This document shows, one piece after another, positions 63,410 to 64,000 of a DNA stretch of 64,000 nucleotides (positions within the stretch are counted from its first letter, which is position 1; every line of letters begins with the position of its first letter). The notes beneath the pieces are model-generated. The model was not told where the DNA came from. It did not search any database and saw only the letters and a list, made by a program, of their open reading frames with translations. Both the position numbers and the translations under genes were made by a program. Location: NCBI RefSeq assembly GCF_006345805.1, contig NC_043010.1, positions 45,136,001-45,200,000 on the forward strand, in the 5' to 3' direction. The stretch comes from Octopus sinensis (lineage: Eukaryota).

Positions 63410-64000
63410 TCTATATATATAAAACTGTAGTTGTGTGAGTGTCTGTCCCTTTCGATTTAGATTCCTAACTCCTCCCACATTTTGCGGTGCAGTTTAACCA
63501 AATTCGGGTATCTTATAGTTGTGATTCATATCGAGCCCGTCTGGGTATTAGCGCGCATCTACGATGAGTCTACGATTTTAAAAATAATTTAACATCATTT
63601 TTTATTCCATTTTAATGCATAATTTTTCGTGTGTCGATGGCGGTGGAGTTGGCGTCCACGCTCACACCTGCACCTGTGGGGAAGGGAGTGTAAGGAAATC
63701 AACGTCGTAATGCGTTGTCAAGGAGACCAGCGTTCTTTTAGAACAACGACTTCATGGCTTGAAGACACCAAAACAGAAATGGCTAAGAAAGCGTCTACAT
63801 GAGTCTCCGATTAAAAAAAAAATTTACCATCATTTTTGCCATTTTAATGCATTTTTTCGCTATTATATAAGGGAAGTAACTCTCTAAAAATGTCTACGAT
63901 GAGTCAACGATTTAAAAAAAAAATTACCATCATTTTTTATTCCATTTTTAATGCATTTTTTTGCTATAACTCTCTAAAAATGCTTATATAGTTATTTCCC
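63410..64000 (+). mobile_element. second Helitron copy, head-to-tail, with internal rearrangement; runs off the window
   Basis: Begins TCTATATATATAAAAC immediately after the CTAG and is near-identical to 62904 onward. The ctacgatgagtc...ccattttaatgcat block is internally duplicated. Confidence 0.9.

Overview
AT-rich, repeat-dense animal genomic DNA. The repeat landscape suggests a coleoid cephalopod, probably Octopus (inference). One host gene is secure: PBDC1 on the + strand, with five spliceable exons at 22958-42079 and an unresolved first exon, possibly near 18138. A second, cryptic + strand gene can be assembled by hand from six GT-AG exons (6579-17844) with matching phases. Its ~208-aa product follows the C-terminal half of a kinesin motor domain by eye, with degenerate switch motifs. 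The rest is mostly transposon debris: RTE, R4/Dong, CR1-group and Tx1-like LINEs, tRNA-derived SINEs, Tigger and Tc1-type DNA transposons, Gypsy LTR elements, Helitrons, at least three lineages of Penelope-like elements (PLEs), and microsatellites. The most striking non-coding structure is a ~540-bp repeat at 57146-58547 in three copies (one inverted, two tandem), each carrying a type I hammerhead ribozyme and with no ORF, as in a retrozyme or solo pLTR array. Two decayed hammerheads lie at 50640 and 51641. All assignments are by eye with no database search, and TE boundaries are approximate unless terminal motifs are quoted.
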